The position numbers were made by a program, and so were the translations under genes. A DNA stretch of 32,456 bases from Xylographa opegraphella (Eukaryota): positions 186,001 through 218,456 of the forward strand of contig JALDZX010000036.1 in the NCBI GenBank assembly GCA_022813865.1, read 5' to 3'. This document shows positions 1-10,857 of this stretch, piece by piece. The notes under the pieces were generated by a model. It saw only the letters and a program-made list of their open reading frames with translations, had not been told where the DNA came from and searched no databases. Every line of letters begins with the position of its first letter. Position 1 is the stretch's first letter.

Positions 1-629
1 CTGTGCCGTGCTGAGTTTGCCGACGAATGCATGGAAACAGGCCTACTCTCACGGGAGCGCGCCAGTGTTGGATCCTGGCGAAGGTCAAAGCAGGGCGGTA
101 GATTTTCTGATTCGCCGGAATGAGTCAAGGTAAACCGCTCCGTCCGGTACCTGTCGTCAAACAGAGTTTATCCTGTCCTGCGATTCAGCGCCATTTCCCC
201 TGGTTCAGGAATTAGTTAGAGCTTGGCTCACTATGGTAGTTGCAAGTCAAACGTTATACGTCAATAAGATTGAGCTGATCGACGGCCACCTGGGTACGAG
301 CCGAGCGCTGTACATAAGAGCTCGAATGTCCTCATGACACGCGAGTATGCTGAAGCTCGTCGTCGTTGTTGTCCGCGAATGGTTTTTGAGTTAATCTGTG
401 TGCCCTAACTAGCGATATTTGTTCCTGGGGTGGTCGAGAAACATTGCCTGACCCCACACCATATCACAAACCGTCAATCGCTACCTTCCCCTTCCACCTT
501 AACACGATAACTCAGAGTGTTCTGCGTGTCTACCCATCCAAGACTAATCCTACTTAGAATCTCTCACATTCCTTGCAAAGCATTAGACCTCTATTTCTGC
601 TGCTTACATAGAGAGGTTACATAGCCAAC

Positions 630-2263
630 ATGGTTTATTCAATCACCTACCGTCGACCGGTATACATCGATTCCTCTCGTTCGTCTTTCAATGGAAACGA
701 GAAGCCTGGTTCTATTGGTGGCTCTATCGGCTCAGGAAGTACGACGGTTGCTGCTGGTATTCCTGATGCCTTGTCATTTGACCGTGTTATTTCTGGTGGT
801 ACTTGCCCAGTACGTACAGGCCTTCATTTCTCTAGCACGAGTCGTCATACCCAAATCTCGGTCCTCTCCACAAGACCTTGAGCATGTGCGTCTGTTTTAT
901 GCTTCTACCAGAGTATCTTATATGTCCTTTGTCCATGTGCATACGGAGAAATACTGACTTTGCTTGTAGCCCTGCACTACGCGAGACTTCATGAACTATC
1001 TCATCTACATTGAACGTTCTGCCGAAAACCTTCAGTTCTTCCTCTGGTATAGGGACTACTGCCAACGATTTGCCCAACTTCCAGCTAGTGAACGAGCCTT
1101 GTCTCCCGAATGGACCGTCGAGAAGGCCGAAGCTGATGCCTACGCCGCAACTACTACCGCAGGTAACAAGAAGATGAGCCCAGAGGTTACAGAGATCTTG
1201 AAAGGCACAGACTTTGCTCAAACAAAAGCAACTATTTCCGAGTTCAACCACGCTCCAAATCCATTTCATACACCTCCACAAACACCGGATGACCGCAGTG
1301 GCGTGATTTCCTCCGAATCAGGCTGGGGCAATGATGCGTCCACACTACAAGGCTCTCGAAAGACAAATTTCGTCGAGCAAGCTAACGTCGCATATGAAGC
1401 TGCTGATGTGAGGCTCCAGCCATGTAAGTTACATAAATGTCTCGAGCTCAGGCGGGCGCTGATCTGAAGGTGCCTAGTCACCATTCAACCATTTCGCGAG
1501 GAGGTCACACGTATCATTGCAGCTTACATCTCGGAGGATGGAACCCGCCAGCTAAATTTAGCTTCGAAGGAACGAGCTGCTTTGCTACGTGCTTTGGCTT
1601 CTACCACTCATCCGTCAGCTTTTCGCCAAGTCATACACACCATCGAGTTCACTCTACGTCATCAAGCCCACCCGAACTTCATTCGCTGGAGCATTTGCAA
1701 TGGCAATCGACCTCGTGTGATATTCGCACGTGGCCTTGGTATTGGTGGTATTGTGGCCGGTATTATCACCGCTCTCTTGATCACGTTGAGTGGAGCGAGC
1801 CGTGGCTGGAGAGCCATTTCCGCAATAGGCTTCATGATCGGCATCGCAACACTAATCGCTGCGTGGAAGGGCATGTGTGTGGTAAGCAAACTTGACGACT
1901 TGATGCTATGCAGGACAGCCACTGATATGTAACGCATAGGTTCTACATGGCATGCATCATCGTCATCTTCGTCCTTGGGAGCTTTTCGCGGATGAAGACG
2001 ACGCATCTTCCGTGTACGAATTGAAAAAAGGATCGTTTGATAGTCTAGGTAGCACAAACAGCTACGAGAACGAACCTTGGGTGGCGAAATACGACAAGCG
2101 CAACATCATTCGCAAGGTCTTTGATCGCGAGGTCTGGATTCAAGAGCCGGCTCTTCGCCAGATCCAAGACACGATCTTCCTGCAAGCAATTCTCGGTGCC
2201 ATTCTTGGAACTGCGATCTTCATGGCTATCTTCATACCAGTGCCCAACGGCAATATGCTTTGA
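630..2263 (+). CDS. RGS-domain membrane protein, Rax1-like (polarity/bud-site selection family); 4 exons 630-809, 970-1423, 1478-1881, 1940-2263
   Basis: GT..AG introns join the ORF pieces in frame. The product has the motif DALSFDRVISGGTCPPCTTRDFMNYLIYIERSAENLQF, then QPFREE..YISEDGTRQLNL (RGS-like), two TM helices, HHRHLRPWELF and a C-terminal TM, matching the fungal Rax1-like architecture. Confidence 0.8.
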
Positions 2264-3705
2264 AACAGAAGGAGACAATCTAGCCTCACCACCTGTCGGT
2301 AGCAAGTGGTCCCTTTTGAGGCTGACTTTCGGTACTTTCGTGGCTTATTTGCTTTACCTCCAGCCCTCACTTCGCATGGGTTTCGAAAGACCAAAATTTT
2401 CATGCGGACAAGGAATTGAAAAATATTGAAAACATAATCTCGAGCGGATTGGCTCCTGTAACTACATGTATATGATACTGGGGACACATGGAGCGAGGCG
2501 TTGCTTGGAGTTGCAGCAATATCTAGCTTTCAGAGCTTTCGTCTCTTTTTTTCCCTTTTGGGCTGTCGTTGACCGATGGTGCTTGAGCGTTGCAATGCCA
2601 AGCTCTCAGGGGGAAACCTTTGTGCATGACATACAAAAAGAGTATCTTGTAGGTACCTTGTACTCCGCTGATAATATCCCATAATAATAAGACATTTCGG
2701 CACAATCTAATACCTCTTCAAAACCGTGCGATGTAGCCGCAAAATTGTATCGTCGCAGCAATACTTCGTAGCATCGAGCGCTCACTTCTCCCCGCCTGAG
2801 CTTCCCTTATCGCGTCCCCCCAACCCCCTCGATACCCCAATCCCACAACCCCCCATCCTAATCACCCCGCCCCTACTTTTTATAACCCCCCCCACCTCCC
2901 TCCCGCCGTCGGCCCCTGCACACACCCATCCATTCCCTCAAATCCCAGTCCCAAGTTCCCACCCACCACACGCTCCCTCCCTTTCTCCAGCCTAGCGTTC
3001 GTGATCGGCAGCTAAGGGCACGGTGGCGGGCTGGACGGGACCTGAAGTGTCGACGTACTACGTAGGTGGCGAGAGGATTGGAAGGGGGCTGAAACGCCGG
3101 GAAGTGATGGGAGATGGGAGGGTGATGGGAGGGGATAGGGGGAAGATAGGGTAGGATTGAGGTATTTGAGCTAGGGCGTTAATGGTGGGAGGGGGAGAGG
3201 GGATGGTAGTGAGAAGTTGGGTGTGAGGTCGAGTGTCCTGGTGCCATGGGATGCTGGTCGGGAAGGGGGGCTTGTGCTTGGGGGGGGGGAGTGTGGGTGG
3301 ATGTTAAGGGATCTATGGAGTTGGACTCGATGGTAGACGTGATGTCTGGGGTGTGGGTTTGCCATGCTGCAGCATAGAACGGAGGATTGCTGACTGGTTT
3401 GCACGACAAAGGTCCTGGCATCCTTCCCCCGTTTTAGTCCACACACGCATGAAGGCCACATGTACGTGCCAGTGAAGTACGTATACCCGTGGTATGCTTC
3501 GAATTGGTCGATTCTCAAGCTCCTTCGGCCGTATGCGGTGCCTCTAAAACCCTTATCTGAAAACTCCTCCCTCTATGTGACGTCAAAGGCCAAAGCCATC
3601 CATCAAATATCTTTCTTTACACATCCTGATGCTCTCGAGCCTGTTCGGCGAGCCGTGACCCATGCATGGTATATCCTTCGTTATCGTCAAGATCAGAATC
3701 ATCCG

Positions 3706-5928
3706 TCACGCATGTACTTCGCCCTTGGCAGTGCCCAAGCCGATACAGCGCTTGATCCACACCTTCCCGTCCGCACCTTCCCTCCTTGCAATATCAACGA
3801 CACGCTCCCTACGCGCCGCCACAAGCTGTGCTTCTTTCACCTGCTCCGGAGATGGGCGATTCCTGCGGCCGAGAAAAGGTCGCCTGCTCGGAGAATTTCC
3901 TTGAGAGATGGACCCGTTGCGGAGACCACTTTCCGTGCTGCTCAGTGAAGCGCTGGTATGACTCCTGACGCTGGTTGATGAGCTATCAGCTGGTCCAGGG
4001 CTATCGGGAAGCCAGGCTCTCCCAATGATGCCAACATTCCTGGTGCTTGGAATTCGCAGCATCTCTCGTTCCACTACGTAACCCACTTCTGTAGATAATT
4101 GGGAGACCCAGTCACAAAGCGAAGAGTATGCTGACGGCTGCTTGGCACGTGCGGCAACGGCGAGGGATCGGAGGTCCCCTGAGGAGTTTTTTCGTGGTAC
4201 AGTAGGATCGCTTTCGATCCCATCAAGCAACTCAATCTGCTTGGGCTTAGAAATCGTGTCCTTACGATCACTCTCATGTAGCCCATTGGCTGCTGGAAGT
4301 ACAGTCCCAGCGAAATCAGAAGCAACAGCGGGCACATCGCTCGAGCTTATTACCGGTTGTGTGAAGCCCTCACTCTTCTCTTGTGGCTCGTTCTCGTGAC
4401 AACCTTCCCCGTTCTCGGAGTCTATGTAGGCGGCGATACTGATTGGAACACTCTTGCCCTTGGTCACATTTTTCGCAAAATATACTGGAGCATGGCTATC
4501 CGCAGTGTGCGAATTGAAATGAGTGGGAGCGCGGAAACGTATACCTGAGAGGTTATGAGAACAGCAAGGGATTGCTAGAAATGGCGAGTGCGATAGTGAA
4601 GCGAGGAGTGGTGTCCATGAAGTGAGTTCGTCGGCGTGATTGGATATGACAAAGGTCCCAGTCGGGAAGATTCCATTGTGCCAAGGCTGAGCTGGAGGTT
4701 GTAAAGCGGAGGAAGGCGAAGAAGGGTGTAGGACGCTCAGTGCAACCGTCCGTAGAGATTTAGGTCGAGGAGCAGGGCCGTAAAGATCGAACAGAGGCGC
4801 AGGAATTAAGATCATTTCTTTGAGAACAGCTTTTGTACCTGGGGAGAGAATTTTCCATGTCTTGCGTTGCCGAGCATCAAAGCCCCAACCACGATATCCA
4901 GATAGCATGAGGATTTCCGTAAGGACGCCGTTGCCGCATCCGATGTCAACAAAGCCTGGAAACGGTGGTAGAGTGACTGCGGACTCCCGGGAAACGGAGA
5001 AGTCAGAGCCTTCAGGCAGGCGATACATGTCCCTCCATAGTTCAATCAAAAAAGCAGCAATTCCGAGATCTTCAAAAACATGTTTGCTGGGTTCCGTCCG
5101 TTCGACCCACGAGGAGCACAGTCGTTTGGCATGCTTCCGTTTCAGCTCAGCGTATGTATCTTGAACGCGCTGCTGAGAGATCAATTGATCGTGGTGAACT
5201 CGCTTCGTGTAGCCCGCATGGCAACCTTGGCCGTGCTTGTGAAGCGTTGCTAGAAGGTGTTCAGCAGTACGTAGCAGTCTTGGAGGTAAAGGAAATGTCT
5301 GCGACGGAAACAAACAAAAATGAATGGAGACCGTTCCTTGACGAACACTTGAATCACTCTGAGATTGAGGGCTCGTGTGAGATGCTAATGGCACTGGTGG
5401 AAGCCAAGTATGTAGATAGGCAAGATATTGGACGGCAGGATGATACCAGGGCAAAGCCTCAAGCTCTGATACATGGGGCACATAAACAACAAGGCTCCTT
5501 CCGATACCGTCAGTCCCGATCGAGGACAAGAAATAGCACGTTTGAGCAATTGGTCTGTCTAGCTGAGGATTTCTGGGCACCATAAGCCTGATTATGGTCC
5601 TTTTGACCGCAAAGCCTGGGACAAGGTCATCTCCCAGGATGTAATCCCGGAGCATCCGCCTCACATCTTCCAGTGGGCATTCTCTGGTAACATTCCCAGC
5701 ATCTAAGCTATCGTACAGTATGTCCGCACGAAAGAGGTGTGACGAGTTAATGTTAGGATTTTTTACCAGGTTGCGAGAGACTTGCTCAAAGAGTTCTGGA
5801 CCAAAGTCGCAGGTCCGCTGCTGCATTGGAATCCATCTCCTGTCCTGCAGCTGGTATCTCTGCTCAGCGCTGCTCGCATTGCTGTCAATAATTAAGTTGG
5901 CCGGACCGGAGCTCGTCGCTGGTAGCAT
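3706..5928 (-). CDS. TRM44: tRNA (uracil-O(2')-)-methyltransferase Trm44
   Basis: Long ORF (first ATG at 5928; the track start at 5934 is GTG). Motifs HLFRADI, YTKRVHHDQ, WVERTEPSKHVFEDLGIAAFLIELW, SAM-binding FVDIGCGNG, ISNHADELT, IPCCSH and LRIPSTRN. Confidence 0.9.
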   Translation of the reverse strand: MLPATSSGPANLIIDSNASSAEQRYQLQDRRWIPMQQRTCDFGPELFEQVSRNLVKNPNINSSHLFRADILYDSLDAGNVTRECPLEDVRRMLRDYILGDDLVPGFAVKRTIIRLMVPRNPQLDRPIAQTCYFLSSIGTDGIGRSLVVYVPHVSELEALPWYHPAVQYLAYLHTWLPPVPLASHTSPQSQSDSSVRQGTVSIHFCLFPSQTFPLPPRLLRTAEHLLATLHKHGQGCHAGYTKRVHHDQLISQQRVQDTYAELKRKHAKRLCSSWVERTEPSKHVFEDLGIAAFLIELWRDMYRLPEGSDFSVSRESAVTLPPFPGFVDIGCGNGVLTEILMLSGYRGWGFDARQRKTWKILSPGTKAVLKEMILIPAPLFDLYGPAPRPKSLRTVALSVLHPSSPSSALQPPAQPWHNGIFPTGTFVISNHADELTSWTPLLASLSHSPFLAIPCCSHNLSGIRFRAPTHFNSHTADSHAPVYFAKNVTKGKSVPISIAAYIDSENGEGCHENEPQEKSEGFTQPVISSSDVPAVASDFAGTVLPAANGLHESDRKDTISKPKQIELLDGIESDPTVPRKNSSGDLRSLAVAARAKQPSAYSSLCDWVSQLSTEVGYVVEREMLRIPSTRNVGIIGRAWLPDSPGPADSSSTSVRSHTSASLSSTESGLRNGSISQGNSPSRRPFLGRRNRPSPEQVKEAQLVAARRERVVDIARREGADGKVWIKRCIGLGTAKGEVHA

Positions 5929-6471
5929 CTCCACGAGGGCTAAAAGGACGACAACGGTGCAAAGCTAAACACGCGTTTACCCGCTGTACTAACGATATCA
6001 ATCCGATTTTCCCTCCCTACGCGGGTGTGATGGGAAAGTTATGATCGTGTTTGTGCGTTGATGATTCATCGGTGGACTTTTTGTGGAGGACTGATGTTAC
6101 AAGATTACAGTATGCGCAAGTCTTGCTTCATGCTGTGCCTCCTGTTACATGACTACGTGCTCGACGTGAACACCACAGGAAGCATGGCACGTGCGGTCGG
6201 TCCTGCTAATTTTTTGTATTTGTGCTAGACTACAGTGAATGGATAGCCGACCTGTTCACCCAGGCCTCACTTCTACAAGAATCTGCGGCAACATAATAAT
6301 GTGAGGAGCAATTAAGATATCGACATTACTGTTCTAAAGTGGCATCTAATGACAAGCAAACACGCTCTGTAAAGCAAAATTAGCGATCGAGGGAGCCATC
6401 ACAGCTTCTGATCTCCTTGCCACCCAAAGACCTGCATCGAACTATAGATTTAGGTGGCCACAAGTACTCAA

Positions 6472-7662
6472 TCATGCGTTTATGTAATCTTGGCCTTTCA
6501 TTGCACCTGGCAACTTCTCAACCATGAAAGTTCTGCTCTTCAAAGCCCATACCATCAAACTCGGCACTCTCCATCCAAAGAGCTGCCCAACTCCCCCCTT
6601 CGGACCGGTGGGCACGAATTGTGTATCGGGAATCCATTTGAAGTTTTTCTGCTTAAATGCGCCGGCCTTGGATGGATCGATGGTCTTTGCCACATCGATG
6701 GCGATGGATGAGCAGAGGGGTGCCACGCCGTCTTTGACATCCATAAATCCACCGTGACTGTAGCTGCCCACGTCACCAATGGCGTAGATACCCTCCGAAC
6801 CAGGGATAGTCAGGCGGAGTGATTTGTCATCGTTTATAACCTGCCCCTTCTCGTTCAACCAATCTTTAGGGAGGAAAGAAGTGTTGGGCTTGCCGCCAGT
6901 GGAGTCGATGTAGACATCTACCGTTCTTGTAGTGCCATCGTCAAATGCGAGCTCTGTCGCTCCGCTGTCGAGCTTCTTGACTGACGTAACCCTTAGATTA
7001 TTAACGACTTCAACTCCAAGCTTCTTTAGACGGGCCTGGACGTCGTTGCTTGTAGCTTTAGAGAGGCGTGGTAGGAGGCGAGAGGTGCCGGAGAGAATCG
7101 TAGTTTGAGCTTTGGGATATAGAGAACCTATTTCGCCAGCCGTCTCGGTCCCTGCTGGACCACCACCTGCGATTAAGATCGTCTTGGCGGACGGCAGTGT
7201 CTTATGTAGCTCTTTCATAGCATTGATCGTGTTTTCGTGGGACCCATTCAACGTCCATACAGCAGATGGACTACTCGTCCCTGTTGCGATAATGAGGGTC
7301 GCATAGTGTAGGGTCTTGTTTTCCTTGGATGGCAGTTCAACACTGACTGTTCTTTGCTCCGGGTTGAGACCGACCGCAGCTGCAGTCTCTATCGTGTACT
7401 GATCTGAAGAATATTCCTTGAAGCCGTCGGCGATAGGACCAAAAGCTTTCGAGAAAGGAATGAGATCTGGACTCGCGAGGGTTCGAGGAGCACCAATCTT
7501 CCAGAAGAAGTGCGTGGAAGGAGAGACTAGAGTAACGTGGTAGGTTCTGGTGGCGTCGAGTTTGAGCAGAGCGGGAATGGTGTGGCGTAGAAGATAGTGA
7601 GCTGTGCCTACACCTGCGAAATTGGCACCTAGAATCAGGAACTCATGATGATTGGAAGCCAT
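6472..7662 (-). CDS. AMID/AIFM2(FSP1)-like FAD/NAD(P)H pyridine nucleotide-disulfide oxidoreductase
   Basis: Intronless 396-aa ORF with N-terminal FAD motif ILGANFAG, LIIATG, NAD(P) motif IAGGGPAGTETAGEI, IYAIGD and a C-terminal GxLFGWRVPS typical of fungal AMID-like proteins. Confidence 0.85.
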   Translation of the reverse strand: MASNHHEFLILGANFAGVGTAHYLLRHTIPALLKLDATRTYHVTLVSPSTHFFWKIGAPRTLASPDLIPFSKAFGPIADGFKEYSSDQYTIETAAAVGLNPEQRTVSVELPSKENKTLHYATLIIATGTSSPSAVWTLNGSHENTINAMKELHKTLPSAKTILIAGGGPAGTETAGEIGSLYPKAQTTILSGTSRLLPRLSKATSNDVQARLKKLGVEVVNNLRVTSVKKLDSGATELAFDDGTTRTVDVYIDSTGGKPNTSFLPKDWLNEKGQVINDDKSLRLTIPGSEGIYAIGDVGSYSHGGFMDVKDGVAPLCSSIAIDVAKTIDPSKAGAFKQKNFKWIPDTQFVPTGPKGGVGQLFGWRVPSLMVWALKSRTFMVEKLPGAMKGQDYINA

Positions 7663-7804
7663 GGTAGTTAACGAAGCTCTTGATTTGTGGAGGTCGAGAC
7701 TTTGAAAACGCTTTCGAGGTAGAAGCTGTAAGATGCCCTAGGGTACTGTCGTCGCAACCGGTCAGTAGTAGTCGACGATAAAGGGAGCGGAGAACATTGA
7801 AGTC

Positions 7805-7810
7805 TTTATA
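7805..7810 (-). promoter_or_regulatory. Candidate TATA box (TATAAA) of the AMID-like gene
   Basis: TATAAA on the minus strand about 143 bp upstream of ATG 7662. Confidence 0.4.
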
Positions 7811-8414
7811 CAATAATGCCCCGGCACAATTAGCTTCGGAGAGCCTCTGTCGTACCTGGAACGCCATTTGGTTTCGTCAACTTGTACGGAGCATCACCCC
7901 GGATCCCCGGAGTTTACTCAACCGACTATGATTCTGCATGAGCGTTGTAAGCAATGCTATTGGCTTAGGTGATGAAGCTCGGGGTTTGGAAATCACCGTG
8001 GAGTTGCACGTGACTACCGTAGTCCGGGCCCTAATTTGATTGGGCGCGGCAAGATATCTTCGCTCCTACCTTACGAGTAGAATACTGTCTAAGAATAACC
8101 CGTCAAATTTCTGCACGTCGCCAGGGGCGGGAGCCACGGACTTCATGGATGAAGATCGATGTTACGATCTTGAGCACCGAGGGAACAATCCCACTGTGAT
8201 AAACATACCTGACCTGGCTGAGCACGAGACGGTCATTGCAAGGGCTCATTAGCTGTATGCTCTCAGGAGATGTACATTGCTTCCGCGATGACCGCATTCG
8301 TTATCTCAGTACCATTTCACTGTTCTGAATTCGCTATCTACTGTACAGTACTGTGATGACCCTTGTCACGTTTCCATATGCCCGCTCTGTCTATATAATG
8401 CCCGTGCGCCAATC

Positions 8415-9345
8415 TCAATTTAACTGTGCGGAAATGCCAAACCCCCCTACCCTTCGCCTGCTTGGACCTTGTGCCTGTTTCCCTTTGACATTACTGTTCA
8501 TTGGGTGCTCCCTTTCCCACTTCTCATCAGCTTTGTACGCAGCTATTGCTGCTTCCAAGTCATAGTCTGCTTGTTGGAGGTAGAGGAGCGCGATATCATA
8601 TCTGAAGGGGAAAACAAAGCTTTTTGATTAGCCTGTTGAGCATACACGTGGGATTATATGCACTGAGCTAAGAGATCCACTGCCAGATTGGGTTTGATGA
8701 AGCCAATACGTACTCTGCTACTTTGCAGCCGACCATCCATTTTCTAACTTTACTTCTCCTCAACTCTTCTTCTTCGCCTTCCACTGGACGAGGACTTAAG
8801 CTAATTCCGCCTTTATAGTATAGCCCTGGTATCAAGATTGTTCGTCGCGCGGCGAGAAGGTGATCGGCAAATAGGTTGTTTACAGATCGTAGTACGGCTA
8901 TGGGAGTGCTGTACGCGAGTGAAAGTGATTGTAGTGTGTCCTCGGGACATAGAAAATGTAAGACATCAGGCGTCGGCGAGGACCCAGCTACATTCTTCGT
9001 ATCCTCGACTTGGAGTACCGAATGTGAAAGCGAAGCGTATGGTGGTGGAGCGTCAGATTCGGGAGAGTGAGCGAGTGTCGCGTGCGTAGTTTGTGGAGAA
9101 GGAGGCGCAGAGTATGCTGGTGGGTCGCGCAGGCCTTGAGGAATCAGGGAGGGTACAGTCGACACCTGGCAGAATGGGCAATAAGTGGCAAAGCGTGAGT
9201 TATCTGCTATACATCGTCCACAAATGATTCTGCCACAGCACGGTAACCGTCGGTCTTGCGCCACCGGCTTCTCTGTTTTTGTGTCATAGTGTGGCGAGAT
9301 CTTGGAAAGAAGAGATGCGCAGGTACAACAAGCTTCCTCGGCCAT
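8415..9345 (-). CDS. Intracellular protein with N-terminal RING-like zinc finger, central LysM domain and C-terminal UBA-like domain; exons 9345-8714, 8601-8415
   Basis: CCTC..CCGRIICGRC..YCPFC (RING-like) and HFLCPEDTLQSLSLAYSTPIAVLRSVNNL..ILIP (LysM). Intron GTACGT(8713)..CAG(8602) leads to EYDIALLYLQQADYDLEAAIAAYKADEKWE (UBA-like), with TGA at 8417-8415. Confidence 0.8.
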
Positions 9346-9839
9346 GATGACAGAAACTAAAAAGCCAAAAAAGCAAACAAGAGGAGAACTGTCTTTCCGC
9401 CTTCAAAGGTCATCCATATTTCGACCACAAATGGACGAGAGCTGTAGCGTCATCACTTCTTATCGCCAGCAGTAAGGCTAGTGCTCGCTAATCTGGAAGC
9501 TAAGCCTTGGCCACAAGCAAGGCTAGAGAAGCGAATTTCTCAAACTCCCAAATTTGGGAACTTCCAGACTTTTTACACTCATATTCGCCATCAGCTACGA
9601 GGTAGGTTATAGCTCGACTTTCTCCAACCATTGTGAAGAAACTAGAATTCCTAGCTGCGTGATAGCGTCGACTATGTTGCACAATGCCACGCCATCAACC
9701 GCATGCTGGGCAGAGCCTCAGAACCCTTTCGGATGGGCACTCTTTGCGCTCAAGATTCCTGATGGCTAACACTGTCCTGTTCCTTGTCATGTAGATACCT
9801 CACCTCCTATAATCGAGTTGAGAATCTCAAATTGCCAAT

Positions 9840-10528
9840 ATGGTCAAAACCAGTGTCCTCAATGACGCTCTCAATGCGATCAACAACGCCGAGAAGGCTG
9901 GGAAACGACAAGTCCTTATCAGGCCCAGCTCGAAGGTCATCGTCAAGTTTCTGAGTGTGATGCAGAAGCATGGTACGTCTCGACAGCTTGTTGCCTCCTC
10001 TTTTTGGCATTAGATGTGTGGATCTGGACCTTTTTCCTTCACCAGCTTCGGGATGATAACTAGGCAATGGTCTCAATAAACACAAACTCTACGATTTTTG
10101 CCCTTTAAGTTCCCGATATATCGAACTCCCCGCGAAGATCTTACACGTTCTCTGAATCTCTCCTGACGTACAACGTTTAATCGATCGCGACACACTGACT
10201 TGGGCTGCAAAACAGGTTACATTGGCGAGTTCGAAGAAGTGGATGATCACCGATCTGGCAAGATCGTTATCCAGCTCAACGGCCGGTATGAATTCGCAGA
10301 GTGCTTCGTTCAACGCTTCTCGTACTTATGTGCTACAGGATAAACAAAACTGGCGTCATCTCCCCACGGTACAATGTCCGCATCACTGATTTCGAGAAGT
10401 GGGTCGTAAAGCTTCTGCCTTCGCGTCAGTTCGGATATATTGTTCTTACAACGTCATCGGGAATTATGGATCACGAGGAGGCGCGACGAAAGCACGTGGC
10501 TGGAAAGATAATTGGCTTCTTTTACTAG
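9840..10528 (+). CDS. RPS22: 40S ribosomal protein S22 (uS8/S15a); exons 9840-9972, 10216-10285, 10339-10528
   Basis: Spliced product [81 protein letters not shown]...[38 protein letters not shown], with canonical splice sites. Confidence 0.97.
10046..10195 (+). ncRNA. snR44: Intronic box H/ACA snoRNA, snR44 orthologue
   Basis: Two hairpins in RPS22 intron 9973-10215. Hairpin 1: stem TCGGGA/TCCCGA, pocket GATAACT(10055-61)+TTTAA(10104-08) complementary to 18S UUAAA-U-C-AGUUAUC (yeast Psi106 site). Hairpin 2: stems CGCGA/TCGCG and CGTT/AACG, pocket TCTTACA(10139-45)+TTTAA(10176-80) complementary to 25S UUAAA-U-N-UGUAAGA (yeast Psi1056 site). ACA box at 10190-92, 14 nt after the upper stem. 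Yeast snR44 lies in an RPS22B intron. The H box is non-canonical (ATATAT/ATATCG). Confidence 0.85.
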
Positions 10529-10857
10529 AGAGATATGGATGAATAGAAAAGTTTCGGCTTGTCGGTTCGGTCTTAAATAACAATGGCGTGCGCTGCTGAA
10601 TGCAACGCTGCTCAGCTATCAGCACCTGTTCGATGAATGCGAGATCATCAAAGAAAGATGTGCCACCATTCTGAAGCGTGAGAAGCAGAGATATGAATGT
10701 ACATATCTTACAAATCAAGGGCAAAGATCAACGAGGGTCTATCACTGAGCTCCGGCTCCAAATGAACATCTGCTCCCATGGAAAATAATGTCGAAGATTC
10801 ATTCATCAAATTGATTCCGGGATCATTTTACCCTTCATTGTTTACATTTATTTCCTC

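Noticed and set aside
2726..3518. Pro/His-rich ORFs on both strands
   Set aside because: They are translations of low-complexity C-runs, mostly with non-ATG starts, and no convincing spliced model was found.
10052..10167. Possible C/D-box snoRNA (ATGATA...CTGA) in the RPS22 intron
   Set aside because: The C box is imperfect and the guide short. The H/ACA model explains both hairpins and two known targets.
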